64,000 bases of DNA from Terracidiphilus sp. (GCA_050011175.1 JBEKJR010000008.1:73610-137609), one strand, 5' to 3'. Shown: positions 37,820 through 47,455, counted from the first letter of the stretch. Translations and numbers: made by a program. Notes: a model not told the origin generated them from the sequence alone.

Positions 37820-39364
37820 TCAGAACTTCTTTTCAAACGCCCTGAATCGCCGCTCCAGCTCCCACTGCGCTGCCGCTTTCTCGCTGCCGTCGAGAAACCT
37901 CTTGCATTCCATGGTGGGCTTGTCGGAGCCAGGCGTCTGCCCCATGCAGGCGGCGGCAGGAGTGGTGAAGGCATCCGGCACAGCCCAAAGGCTCGCGCCG
38001 GGCAGGAAGTTGTGCTCCATCCCGGTGCGGACTAACTGCTTTAGATCTTTATAGTTGAGGTGGTAATCCTGGGTGGCGCGCACATATTCATTGGTAATAT
38101 CAATGCGTCCGACGCCTTCATCGTCGGTGGAGAGCGCCACCGGAACGTGGGCGGCGCGGTAAATCGGAAACGGGTGCTCCGCGCCTTTCACGCCCAGAAT
38201 GCTTTCGTTGGAGCTGAGGTTGATCTCCACCATCACATGCTTTTGGGCCATCTCCTTCAGCAGGCCGCGGGCGTCCTCCTCGTACATCACGTCCACGCCG
38301 TGGCCGATGCGCTCGGCGTGTCCCAGTTCGACAGCCTGACGAATGTGGAAGCGCAGCCCCTCGGGCGGCACCAGGCCCAGCGTCAGTTCGCCGGCATGCA
38401 GGCTGATGTGGACTTTGGGATAGACCGAGTGCAGGTACTCCAGCATCTTCATCTGCAAGGTGTAATCGCGCATGGAGATGAAGCCATCCTCCGGCATGAC
38501 GAAGTTGATGCCCACAAAGCCGGGATCATGCGCGTCCAGGCTGGCCTGGACGGTCTCAAAGCCCAGCAGCGTCTGCGCAAAGACCTGTTCTGGCGGGAAC
38601 CCGCGCAGCACCTGGTAGATGTAGCGCACCTCGACCTGGCAGGCGGGCATTGCCTGCGGCGTTCCGCAATGTTCAATCTGGCGGCGGCTTGTCTCGGCAG
38701 CGCGCACATGCTCGCGGTCGGTTGTTACCTCGTCGCGCAGCCCGTGGTCGAGTAGCGTCTGCCGGTACTGCGCAAAATCCGGGCTCAATGGATTCTCATG
38801 TGCAATCTGCACGGCATGGCTAAAGGTGGGCGTCTCCATAAGCTCCACGTATTGTTGGTTTTGCGTGGCAGCGCGGCTGGCCACCTCGTCCACCCACTCG
38901 CCCATGTGCCGCTTGTTCAGCCCGCCAAAGCGGTCAAAGGTTGCAAAAAACTGGTCATGGGCGCTGAAGCCGGAACTGGGCACAAAGCTGCGTATGGAGA
39001 AGGCGTCCACCAGCCGGTCGTAGAGCTTCTGGTTGGCCGGAAGCTGCGCGGCCTCCACCAGCGGCGGCGCGCACGGAGGCTTGGTAAAGCTGAGAGCCGC
39101 CGGGTCCACGCACAGCCCATCCTCGCCGGCGTCGCGGATGAATGTTTCGGCGTAGACCGCTCCGGATAGGTGGATGTGCAGGTCCGCGCCCTTGGGAAAC
39201 AGGTCCAGAAAAGCGCGCAGCGCCAGCGGACCCTCGCGCAGGGCGGTCTGGTAGGCGCGGGCGGCGCGGGTCTCCCCAATCTGCGATTGAGCAGGCTTCT
39301 GTGCGTGGAGGGTGGCGGCATGGGCGAGGACAAAGCAGGCGAGAAGACAGACGAGTCGGCGCAT
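37820..39364 (-). CDS. Adenosine deaminase with signal peptide
   Basis: DLHIHLSG, HAGE, RIGHG and STDD motifs; N-terminal MRRLVCLLACFVLAHAATLHAQ. Confidence 0.9.
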   Translation of the reverse strand: MRRLVCLLACFVLAHAATLHAQKPAQSQIGETRAARAYQTALREGPLALRAFLDLFPKGADLHIHLSGAVYAETFIRDAGEDGLCVDPAALSFTKPPCAPPLVEAAQLPANQKLYDRLVDAFSIRSFVPSSGFSAHDQFFATFDRFGGLNKRHMGEWVDEVASRAATQNQQYVELMETPTFSHAVQIAHENPLSPDFAQYRQTLLDHGLRDEVTTDREHVRAAETSRRQIEHCGTPQAMPACQVEVRYIYQVLRGFPPEQVFAQTLLGFETVQASLDAHDPGFVGINFVMPEDGFISMRDYTLQMKMLEYLHSVYPKVHISLHAGELTLGLVPPEGLRFHIRQAVELGHAERIGHGVDVMYEEDARGLLKEMAQKHVMVEINLSSNESILGVKGAEHPFPIYRAAHVPVALSTDDEGVGRIDITNEYVRATQDYHLNYKDLKQLVRTGMEHNFLPGASLWAVPDAFTTPAAACMGQTPGSDKPTMECKRFLDGSEKAAAQWELERRFRAFEKKF

Positions 39365-39575
39365 ATTGCCTTCCAGTGTAGAACAGTCATAGCCTGCGCG
39401 GGCAGGGCTGAGCAATCGCCGCCAAGCTCGTTGAGACGCCTCTGGGTTCTCTGGCGCGGAAACCGGCAAGTTGGTATACTGACACAAGTTGTTGCAGCCA
39501 ACTGTATTTGGATTCGCCCACCAGCCCGGCTTGCCGGAATCCGCACAGGAAATTGCAACGCGATGTTTGCCCTGA

Positions 39576-39650
39576 GGCCAGATAGCTCAGTGGTAGAGCG
39601 CGGCCCTGAAAAGGCCGGCGTCGGCGGTTCAATCCCGTCTCTGGCCACCA
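39576..39650 (+). tRNA. tRNA-Phe(GAA)
   Basis: GGCCAGA/TCTGGCC acceptor stem, CTGAAAA anticodon loop, GGTTCAATCC T-loop, encoded CCA. Confidence 0.95.
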
Positions 39651-39686
39651 CTTTAAACGCGGATACTTAGAACCTGATATCGACAC

Positions 39687-39771
39687 GTCGGGATGGCGGA
39701 ACTGGCAAACGCAGCGGACTCAAAATCCGCCGGCCCTCGCGGCCATGGGGTCTCGCCCCCTCCCGGCACCA
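39687..39771 (+). tRNA. tRNA-Leu(CAA) with a shortened, non-canonical T-arm (possible pseudo-tRNA)
   Basis: Acceptor stem, D-arm, CTCAAAA loop, long variable arm and CCA are intact; the T-arm reads GGGG-TCTCG-CCCCC and lacks TTCG. Confidence 0.75.
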
Positions 39772-39911
39772 AACAAAACATTGATAATCAACAACTTAAT
39801 ACTTTTAACTGCCAATTCTTGTAGTGGTCAGATGAGTGAACTTGCGCCACAAATCAATGATCCCGGTATACTCTGTAGAGCGGAAATCAATCACACAAGA
39901 GGAGTCATGCC

Positions 39912-40436
39912 GTGAAAATGAGATTGGCAATGGCGTTGTTGTTCGTTTTATACGTGCCCAAGGTGTTCGCTCAAGATCATCCGAATCAACTCTTACTGGG
40001 TTATGACGGCGAGTGGACACATGTATCCCAGCAGTTGATTGCGCTGGCCGAGGCAACCCCAGCCGAGAAGTTTGCCTGGCGACCGGCTCCGGGAGTGCGC
40101 TCAACCAGCGAGGTCTATATGCACATCGTGACGGCTAACTTCATCTTGCTGAAAATCACTGGTTCTAAAATGCCGCCAGACCTCAAGGAGGACTCCGAAA
40201 GAACCGTTACATCCAAGGCAGAGGTAATCAGTTGGCTCAAGCGCTCCTTGGACGCTGTAAAGCAAGCACATTTGGCGGAGAGCCCGCAAGATCTTGTCCG
40301 CAAGGTTCGCTTTATGGGCCGGGATGCCACGGTAGACGATGTGTATCTCCGCATCATCCTTCATGCAAACGAGCACATGGGGCAATTGGTCGCATACGCG
40401 CGAATGACGGGCGTCGTGCCGCCTTGGTCAAAATGA
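39912..40436 (+). CDS. DinB-family protein with signal peptide
   Basis: FAWRPAPGVRSTSEVYMH and HANEHMGQLVAYARM motifs. Confidence 0.88.
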   Translation: MKMRLAMALLFVLYVPKVFAQDHPNQLLLGYDGEWTHVSQQLIALAEATPAEKFAWRPAPGVRSTSEVYMHIVTANFILLKITGSKMPPDLKEDSERTVTSKAEVISWLKRSLDAVKQAHLAESPQDLVRKVRFMGRDATVDDVYLRIILHANEHMGQLVAYARMTGVVPPWSK

Positions 40437-40591
40437 ATCACTATTTTAACGCCAATCCTATCGATTCGAGCGGGTGACGGACAATCCGGAAGTTGACCGC
40501 GTTGCCAACACCATATGCTGTAATATCGCCTTCGCAAAACTGCCAACCGGACCGGCTCGCATCACTATGATGGGAAGAGCGCACGCTCCCC

Positions 40592-42637
40592 ATGCCCTCC
40601 AACGAAAACCCAACCCGCGCCCTTCCCTCGCTGCACGAGTTCTTCTCCCCCGGCGGCATCCTGGCGGATTCTTCTCTGCCTTATGAGTACCGCACCGGCC
40701 AACTGCAGATGGCCCGGGCCGTCGAGCAGGCTCTCGAAGAGCGCCGCCACCTGATCGTCGAGGCCGGCACCGGAACCGGTAAAACCCTCGCCTACCTGCT
40801 GCCCGCCTTGCGCACAGGACAGCGCATCATCGTCTCCACCGGCACCAAGGCCCTGCAGGATCAACTCTACTTCCGCGACGTTCCCTTCCTTGAAACGCTG
40901 GTCGGCGAACTGCGCGTCTGCTACATGAAGGGCCGCGCCAACTACCTCTGCCGCCACAAGCTGGTCTCGCTGCGCAACCAGCCCATTCTTTCGGGATTGG
41001 AAGAGATCGATCAGTACCGCCAAATCTCCGAGTGGGAGAAAACCACGGAGACCGGCGACCGCGCCGAACTCTCCGGAATGCCCGAGTCCAGCGCCCTCTG
41101 GCAAAAGCTTGACGCGCGCACCGAGGCTTGCCTGGGCTCCTCCTGTCCCGACTACCACCACTGCTTCATCACCGAGATGCGCCGCAAAGCCCTCGAGTCG
41201 GACATCATCATCATCAACCACCACCTCTTCTTCGCTGACCTTGCCGTCAGGCGCGAGGCCGCCGGCGCGCCCGATGCCGGCATCCTTCCCGAGGCCGCGG
41301 CCGTGGTCTTCGATGAAGCCCACGAGCTGGAAGAAATTGCCTCGAATTACTTCGGCCTGTCGGTCAGCAATATTCGCTTTGAAGAACTGGCCCGCGACAC
41401 CGACGTCCTGCTGCGCGGCAAGCAGGGCGCGGAGAGACTGCCCGCCCTCACCCAGCAACTCCGCGACCGCGCCCGATTGTTTTTTGCCGGACTGCCCATG
41501 ACCGGCGACGGCCGCCAGCCTTTCACCGAGCGCGAGCAGTTTCTGGAAACCTCCGGCGACCTTTACCTGGCCGTGCGCACCACACTCCAACGCATGGAAG
41601 CGGAGATGGACGCTCTCGACGGCATTGACGAAGCGCCGGGACTCAAGAAGCGTGTCGCCCGCCTCCGCTCCGAGTTTGAATTTCTGCTCGAATCGAACGC
41701 GGCCAACATGGTCTATTGGATGGAGCGCCGCATCTTTGGAGGCTTGGACAGGTCTTCGTCCGGCGGCAAAGCTGGCGCCGCCGGCCGGGCCGCGGAACGG
41801 GCTTCCAGTCGCCACCAATCGCGCACCACCTACCTGCAAGCCACGCCCATCGATGTCTCCGAGCTTGTCCACGAGCTGGTCTTCGAGCAGATTCCCACCG
41901 TCGTGCTCACCTCGGCCACGCTCACCGTGCAGGGCGGCTTCGAGCATATCCGCAAGCGCCTGGGCCTCAGCGAAGCGCGCGAGCTGGTCGTGCCCTCTCA
42001 CTTCCGCTACGGCGAGCAGGCCCTTCTCTATCTGCCTCCGGAGATGCCTGATCCCCGCGACCCTGAATTTCCCGAGGCCGCCACTCGCTGCATCCAGCGC
42101 GTTCTCGAGATTACCCGTGGCCGCGCCTTCTGCCTCTTCACCAGCTACGCCCAGATGCACGTCGTCTACGAGCGCCTGATGCCGGTGCTCGACTTCCCCA
42201 TCCTGCTGCACGGCACGGCTCCGCGCAAAGCTCTCCTGGAGCAGTTCCGCGCGACGCCTAACGCCGTCCTCTTCGGCACGTCGAGCTTCTGGCAGGGCGT
42301 GGACGTGCAGGGCGAGGCGCTGAGTTGCGTCATCATCGACCGCCTGCCCTTCGCCGTTCCCAGCGACCCGGTCATCCAGGCGCGCATGAAGGCAATTGAA
42401 GAAGCCGGCGGCAATCCCTTCTCCGACTATCAGGTCCCCTCCGCTGTCCTCACCCTCAAGCAAGGCTTCGGCCGCCTCATCCGCTCGCTCGAAGACCGCG
42501 GCGTGCTGGTCCTCCTCGACCCCCGCGTCACCCGCCAACGATACGGCCAGACCTTCCTCACGAGCCTCCCGCCTTACCGCATGACGGCGTCGATTACGGA
42601 TGTGGAGGAGTTTTTTACAGACGAACACCGGCCTTAA
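40592..42637 (+). CDS. DinG/YoaA-family ATP-dependent helicase
   Basis: EAGTGTGKT, KGRANYLC, DEAH, TSATL, FWQGVDV and QGFGRLIR motifs. Confidence 0.95.
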   Translation: MPSNENPTRALPSLHEFFSPGGILADSSLPYEYRTGQLQMARAVEQALEERRHLIVEAGTGTGKTLAYLLPALRTGQRIIVSTGTKALQDQLYFRDVPFLETLVGELRVCYMKGRANYLCRHKLVSLRNQPILSGLEEIDQYRQISEWEKTTETGDRAELSGMPESSALWQKLDARTEACLGSSCPDYHHCFITEMRRKALESDIIIINHHLFFADLAVRREAAGAPDAGILPEAAAVVFDEAHELEEIASNYFGLSVSNIRFEELARDTDVLLRGKQGAERLPALTQQLRDRARLFFAGLPMTGDGRQPFTEREQFLETSGDLYLAVRTTLQRMEAEMDALDGIDEAPGLKKRVARLRSEFEFLLESNAANMVYWMERRIFGGLDRSSSGGKAGAAGRAAERASSRHQSRTTYLQATPIDVSELVHELVFEQIPTVVLTSATLTVQGGFEHIRKRLGLSEARELVVPSHFRYGEQALLYLPPEMPDPRDPEFPEAATRCIQRVLEITRGRAFCLFTSYAQMHVVYERLMPVLDFPILLHGTAPRKALLEQFRATPNAVLFGTSSFWQGVDVQGEALSCVIIDRLPFAVPSDPVIQARMKAIEEAGGNPFSDYQVPSAVLTLKQGFGRLIRSLEDRGVLVLLDPRVTRQRYGQTFLTSLPPYRMTASITDVEEFFTDEHRP

Positions 42638-42651
42638 TGCGGTATGATAAA

Positions 42652-42669
42652 AGCACCTAATTAGGTGCT
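42652..42669. promoter_or_regulatory. Perfect 18-bp palindrome, probable TA operator
   Basis: AGCACCTAATTAGGTGCT between a TATGAT -10-like box and the antitoxin RBS. Confidence 0.7.
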
Positions 42670-42685
42670 CGAAATGGAGGCGCAT

Positions 42686-42976
42686 ATGCTCAATATTGCT
42701 AAAGATATTCAATCGTTGACCACATTCCGCCGCTCTTCCCGCGACTTAATGAAGCAGCTCAGGAAGAGCAAGCGACCCATGGTGCTCACCGTGAACGGGA
42801 AGGCCGCAGCCGTTGTGCAGGACGCCGAGGCTTATCAGCGCCTGCTGGACATTGCCGCGCAAGCCGATGCCGAGGAAGGCATCCGTCAAGGCCTGGAAGA
42901 CGAAAAGAATGGAAGGCTCCGGCCAGCCAGAGAGTTTTTTGCCGAGTTTGAAGCCACCCATGGCCTATCTCGTTAA
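42686..42976 (+). CDS. Phd/YefM-family antitoxin
   Basis: DIQSLTTF, PMVLTVNGKAAAVVQD motifs. Confidence 0.9.
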   Translation: MLNIAKDIQSLTTFRRSSRDLMKQLRKSKRPMVLTVNGKAAAVVQDAEAYQRLLDIAAQADAEEGIRQGLEDEKNGRLRPAREFFAEFEATHGLSR

Positions 42977-43274
42977 ATTCACGCCGCGGGCGGAGCGCGA
43001 CTTTGCGATCCTGTTCGAGGATATCCACGCCGAGGATTCCGATGCGGCGCTGAAGTGGTACGAGGGACTCAAAGAAGCTGTTCTGGCCCTTGGAAGACTT
43101 CCCAACCGCTGCCCATTGACTCGCGAGAACCCCAACCTCAGGCACTTGCTGTACGGCCACAAGCCGCACGTCTATCGTGTGATCTACCGCGTTCTGGAAA
43201 AGCAGATGCAGGTTAATGTACTCTATATCCGCCACGGCGCCAGACGGGAATTTACTGCATCCGAACTTGAATGA
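42960..43274 (+). CDS. RelE/ParE-family toxin
   Basis: VKFTPRAERD, LPNRCP, LRHLLYG and YRVIYR motifs. Confidence 0.9.
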   Translation: MAYLVKFTPRAERDFAILFEDIHAEDSDAALKWYEGLKEAVLALGRLPNRCPLTRENPNLRHLLYGHKPHVYRVIYRVLEKQMQVNVLYIRHGARREFTASELE

Positions 43275-43433
43275 CCGATGCCGTCGGTGGCACTTCCCGC
43301 ATCGAATCAGCGGGGCAGTCAGTGGTTTGTGTGTCAGAACCGCGCGCTCAGGCTGAACGAAGCTGACCGCTCACGCCCTGTCAGCGGATTGATCGCGCTC
43401 GTTCGGCCGCCGCCTCGACCTCCACACCGGTTC

Positions 43434-43802
43434 TTACCGGCCAAAGCGCAGAGTTACATTGACGGTTGTCTCTTTGCCCGCAACTACGGCAATATCTCGA
43501 ATGATGACGATTTGAAAACCGGAGACAATGACAGTTGCGTCATAGCGGCCCGCGGGAAGGCCATCGAAGGCGAAGCGGCCCGCGTGGCTGGTGGTAACGG
43601 ATTTTATCAGTCCGGTGGATTGGCTTCTGACTTCGACCTTCGCCCCGGGCACAACCGCGCCGGTAGGGTCGCGCAACACTCCAGCGATACTGCCCGTGGC
43701 AACTGGGCTTGTGGTATCCGGGCTTTGTTGGACAATAATCGGATGCGCCGGTCCGCAGGTGCAGGCCGCGAGCAACAACGTCAGCAACAGCCGGGCTTTC
43801 AT
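43434..43802 (-). CDS. Stand-alone carboxypeptidase-regulatory-like domain, possibly a truncated remnant
   Basis: Signal peptide, GSIAGVLRDPTGAVVPGAKV...GRFAFDGLPAGRY; stops right after the domain. Confidence 0.7.
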   Translation of the reverse strand: MKARLLLTLLLAACTCGPAHPIIVQQSPDTTSPVATGSIAGVLRDPTGAVVPGAKVEVRSQSTGLIKSVTTSHAGRFAFDGLPAGRYDATVIVSGFQIVIIRDIAVVAGKETTVNVTLRFGR

Positions 43803-44102
43803 AACGACTCCTTTGCAGGCAGGAAGATTTTCCTCCGCATCGGCGCGGCAAGCGGCGCAATCAGCTTCCAGCCGAACCGTATTATCAGCGAGATGGCGGC
43901 GGCGCGGCGAATAATCATACCGACAGTATAGTTGGTGGCTGCTTCGCGCTTATGCAAGGTTGGTTGGTGGGGCGTAATGCCCGCCGAATGGTGATGCAGC
44001 GTGAATCTACCAGGGTTTTGGTCCTCAACCCCCTCTGGCCGGATGAGCGGTGCTGACACACTGCAAGGGGTACTGCGCCTTGACAAAGCCTTCGTTCTTA
44101 TC

Positions 44103-44171
44103 GAGGGGCACCCGGGTTTCGTGGAATCCCACCCTGGCCGCAAAATTGCAAGAAGCAAGTCCTTCGACTGC
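44103..44171. repeat. Partial nested family A::C repeat
   Basis: cccaccct...aagaagcaagtccttcgac, the same junction as in lpxK. Confidence 0.6.
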
Positions 44172-44308
44172 ATAGGCCACAAAAAGCGCGACCTATTTGC
44201 ACAAAAAGACATCCAAGATAGGGCGCTTAAAATGACTGAAAAAGGGCAGCTATGCAGCGCCGCGGATTGGTACAATTCGAGCGAGTCATTCCTTAGAAGG
44301 AGATTCTA

Positions 44309-46042
44309 ATGAACATGAATCTTATGAAAAAGCGTTGGGTAAAGGTCGTTGTCGCGGCCGTTGCCCTGATTATCGTCGTTGTTGTGCTGGTTCCGCTGTT
44401 TATCAACGTGGATGCATTCCGGCCCAAGGCGGAGGACGAAATCTCCAGCTCACTGGGACGCAACGTTACGTTGGGGCACCTGGACCTCTCCCTGATCACC
44501 GGCAGCCTGGTTGCGGATAACATCGTTGTGGCCGACGATCCGGCCTTTGCGAAAGAGCCGTTTCTCGAGGCCAAGGAACTGCGCATTGGCGTTTCACTGC
44601 TGAATTTAATCTTCCAGCAAAAGGTGCGGATCACGAGCTTCACCGTCGATTCCCCGTCGATTCATCTCATCCAGGCCAAGAACGGCACGTGGAACTTCTC
44701 CAGCCTGGGGAGCGGCGCGGAGAAACCCGCGGCAGAGAAAACTGCGGCCCAGAAACCTGCGAAGCAAAAAGCCGCGCCTCCGAATTCAGCGGCCCAGGAA
44801 GCCGCAGCCCAGCAGGGGAGCATGCTCTCAAGCGTGAGCATTGGCGAAATCAAGATCAAGAACGGGAGCGTCACGGTCGCCTCCAAACCCGAGGCCGGCA
44901 AGCCGTTCACGTGTACGGATGTCAACCTCTCCGTCCAACAGCTTTCGGCCACAACGCAGTTTCCCTTCAAACTTTCGCTCAAGGTGCCGGGCGGGGGATC
45001 GTTCCAACTTGACGGAACGGCGGGGCCGTTGGCGCAGAAGGACATGTCCCAAACACCCTTGCAGGCGACGCTACAGCTCAAGCATTTCAATCCGGTGGCG
45101 GCGGGCGCGGTTGAGCCAAGCCAGGGGGTCTCCATGATCGCCGACTTCGATGTGCAACTTAGCTCGGACGGAACCACCCTGACGAGCAAAGGAAAACTTG
45201 TAGCGAACAAGCTTCAGTTGGCGCGCGGCGGATCTCCTGATCCAAAGCCGGTGGATATCGACTACACGATCACCGACAACCTGGTGGAGCGCACGGGAAA
45301 GGTTCACGATATCGCGATCCACAGCGGGACGGCGGTGGCGCATTTGACGGGCAGCTTCCGGAGTACAGAGAAGGACACCGTGCTGGACATGCATTTTTCC
45401 GCGCCCGGCCTCTCTATCGACCAACTTGAGCCGTTGCTGCCGGCCGCCGGCATCACCATGCCCAAAGGGTCCAAACTGCAAGGGGGCACGCTGACCGCCA
45501 ATATCGCCATCACCGGCCCAGTGAACGCGCTGGTCATCAGCGGGCCTGTTTCGGTGGACAACACCGAACTGGCCGGCTATGACCTGGGCTCGAAGATTGA
45601 GGGCCTCAATCCTTTCAAATCCAAGACGGGCGGCACGGCAATCCAGAAGCTGAGCGCAGAATTGAAGTCATCTCCGCAGATGACGGAGATCAACAATATT
45701 GACGCCTCGGTTCCCTCGATTGGAACCGCTACCGGCAGCGGCACCATTTCTCCCGCTGACGCGCTGAACTTCAACCTGGTGGCGAAGTTCAATAATTCGT
45801 CGGCACTCGGCCTTGGCGCGATCGCCAACGGAGGCACAGGGGTGATGCACTTTGTCGGCAGTGGCGCGCAGAGCGCGTCGAGCAACGGCATCCCGCTGAC
45901 TATTACGGGGACCACGTCGGATCCAAAAATCCGCGCCGACGTCAAAGCCATGCTGAAAGGACAAGCGGGCGGACTGCTGGGGACATCCTCCGGTCAGAAA
46001 AGCAACCCAGCCGGAGCAGTGAAAGGGCTGTTCCACAAATAA
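44309..46042 (+). CDS. AsmA-family protein
   Basis: N-terminal TM, INVDAFRP...SSLGRNV, C-terminal IPLTITGTTSDP. Confidence 0.85.
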   Translation: MNMNLMKKRWVKVVVAAVALIIVVVVLVPLFINVDAFRPKAEDEISSSLGRNVTLGHLDLSLITGSLVADNIVVADDPAFAKEPFLEAKELRIGVSLLNLIFQQKVRITSFTVDSPSIHLIQAKNGTWNFSSLGSGAEKPAAEKTAAQKPAKQKAAPPNSAAQEAAAQQGSMLSSVSIGEIKIKNGSVTVASKPEAGKPFTCTDVNLSVQQLSATTQFPFKLSLKVPGGGSFQLDGTAGPLAQKDMSQTPLQATLQLKHFNPVAAGAVEPSQGVSMIADFDVQLSSDGTTLTSKGKLVANKLQLARGGSPDPKPVDIDYTITDNLVERTGKVHDIAIHSGTAVAHLTGSFRSTEKDTVLDMHFSAPGLSIDQLEPLLPAAGITMPKGSKLQGGTLTANIAITGPVNALVISGPVSVDNTELAGYDLGSKIEGLNPFKSKTGGTAIQKLSAELKSSPQMTEINNIDASVPSIGTATGSGTISPADALNFNLVAKFNNSSALGLGAIANGGTGVMHFVGSGAQSASSNGIPLTITGTTSDPKIRADVKAMLKGQAGGLLGTSSGQKSNPAGAVKGLFHK

Positions 46043-46065
46043 CGGGGAGCGGGGCAGCGAGCACC

Positions 46066-46113
46066 ACATCCCACCCTAGCCGCAAAAACAAAAACGCGGC
46101 GAGAGTGAGGCAC
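46066..46113. repeat. Degenerate family A hairpin
   Basis: atcccaccctagccgc...gcggcgagagtgaggcaccc. Confidence 0.5.
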
Positions 46114-46200
46114 CCTTTATTGAGCAAGGATGTTGCGGGCCGTTCGATATAATCCAGAGGAGCGTTTGAGCAGCTACGCCGCTGCTCACTGGAGACCTGC

Positions 46201-46686
46201 ATGACCTTTGATATCCAGGAGATCCTGGGTTTACTTCCCCATCGCTACCCCTTTCTGCTGATTGACAGAGTGGTTGAGTTTGAGCGCCGCAAGCGCCTGG
46301 TGGCCATCAAGAATGTCACCGTGAACGAGCCTTTTTTCCAGGGCCACTTCCCCGATTACCCCATCATGCCCGGCGTGCTGGTGATTGAGGCGATGGCGCA
46401 AGCCGGCGCAATCATCATGATGAACGAGATTCCCGACCGGGAGAAGAAGCTAGCGGTCTTCACGGGCATTGAGAAGGCCAAGTTCCGCCGCCCGGTGGCG
46501 CCGGGAGATCAACTGCGCATCGAGGTGAACGTGCTGGCGTTCAAGAGCCGGTTTGGCCGCATGGAGGCCAACGCTTTTGTGGACGGGAAGCTGGCCTGCC
46601 AGGCGATTCTGATGTGCTCGATTGTGCCCAAGGCGCGCGAGACCGCGGCGGAGACTGGCGAAGCGCAAACAGAGGCCGCGGAGTGA
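46201..46686 (+). CDS. fabZ: 3-hydroxyacyl-ACP dehydratase
   Basis: LPHRYPFLLIDR and FFQGHFP...MPGVL motifs. Confidence 0.97.
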   Translation: MTFDIQEILGLLPHRYPFLLIDRVVEFERRKRLVAIKNVTVNEPFFQGHFPDYPIMPGVLVIEAMAQAGAIIMMNEIPDREKKLAVFTGIEKAKFRRPVAPGDQLRIEVNVLAFKSRFGRMEANAFVDGKLACQAILMCSIVPKARETAAETGEAQTEAAE

Positions 46687-47453
46687 GCATCCATCCCAGC
46701 GCGGTGATTGCCGCGGGCGCGGTGGTGCCGGCTTCATGCACTGTGGGGCCGTTTTGCACGATTGGGCCGGAGGTCGTGCTAGGAGAAGATTGCACGCTGA
46801 TCTCTCACGTGGTGCTCGATGGCCGCACGCGGATCGGCGCGCGCAACGTCTTTCATCCGTTTTGCGCGGTGGGCGTGGCGCCGCAGGATTTGAAGTACGG
46901 CGGCGAGCCGACGGCGCTGGAGATGGGCAACGGCAACACGATTCGCGAGTGCGTGACCATCAGCCGCGGGACGGCGGGCGGCGGAGGGGTGACGCGCGTC
47001 GGGTCGGATTGCCTGCTGATGACCGGCGTGCATATCGGCCATGACAGCCAGGTGGGCAGCCACTGCATCCTGGCCAACTGCGCCACGCTTGCCGGACACG
47101 TGATCATCGAGGACTACGCGACGTTGGGGGCGTTTTGCCCGGTGCATCAGCACTGCGTGGTCGGCAAGTATGCTTTTATCGGCGGCGGGACGATTGTAAC
47201 CCAGGACGTGCTGCCGTTTTCGCTGACCTCGTCGCGGCGGGAGAACAAAGCCTTCGGGATTAACAAGATTGGACTCGCGCGGCGCGGGTTCTCGCCGGAG
47301 CGCTTGCAGGTGCTGCAGAAAGCCTTCCGGCTGCTGCTGGCGGCGAAGATGAATACGACGCAGGCGCTCGAAAAGATCAAGGAGCTGGAGGGCGAGGACG
47401 CTGCGCTGCTGGCGGCGTTCCTTTCACGCAGCGAGCGCGGGGTGATCAAGTAG
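46683..47453 (+). CDS. lpxA: UDP-N-acetylglucosamine acyltransferase
   Basis: GTG start overlapping the fabZ stop; hexapeptide repeats, PQDLKYGGE and HIGHD motifs. Confidence 0.95.
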   Translation: MSIHPSAVIAAGAVVPASCTVGPFCTIGPEVVLGEDCTLISHVVLDGRTRIGARNVFHPFCAVGVAPQDLKYGGEPTALEMGNGNTIRECVTISRGTAGGGGVTRVGSDCLLMTGVHIGHDSQVGSHCILANCATLAGHVIIEDYATLGAFCPVHQHCVVGKYAFIGGGTIVTQDVLPFSLTSSRRENKAFGINKIGLARRGFSPERLQVLQKAFRLLLAAKMNTTQALEKIKELEGEDAALLAAFLSRSERGVIK

Positions 47454-47455
47454 CC

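Noticed and set aside
41725-41825. Gly/Ala/Ser/Arg-rich stretch in DinG as another repeat insertion
   Set aside because: No match to the repeat families seen here; likely an ordinary variable loop
40565-42712. 715-aa minus-strand ORF antisense to dinG; similar long ORFs at 56145-57917, 50239-51870, 20646-22208, 10717-11715, 7337-8815 and 63249-63974
   Set aside because: Mirror frames of strongly biased high-GC genes, with no recognisable motifs; the opposite strand has clear family signatures
39576-43802. Integrated prophage or genomic island at the tRNA pair
   Set aside because: No integrase or phage genes, no second att copy seen, and dinG looks core
43799-44309. ORFs 43799-44275(-) and 44001-44309(+)
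   Set aside because: They are kept open by repeat fragments, with no RBS or domain evidence
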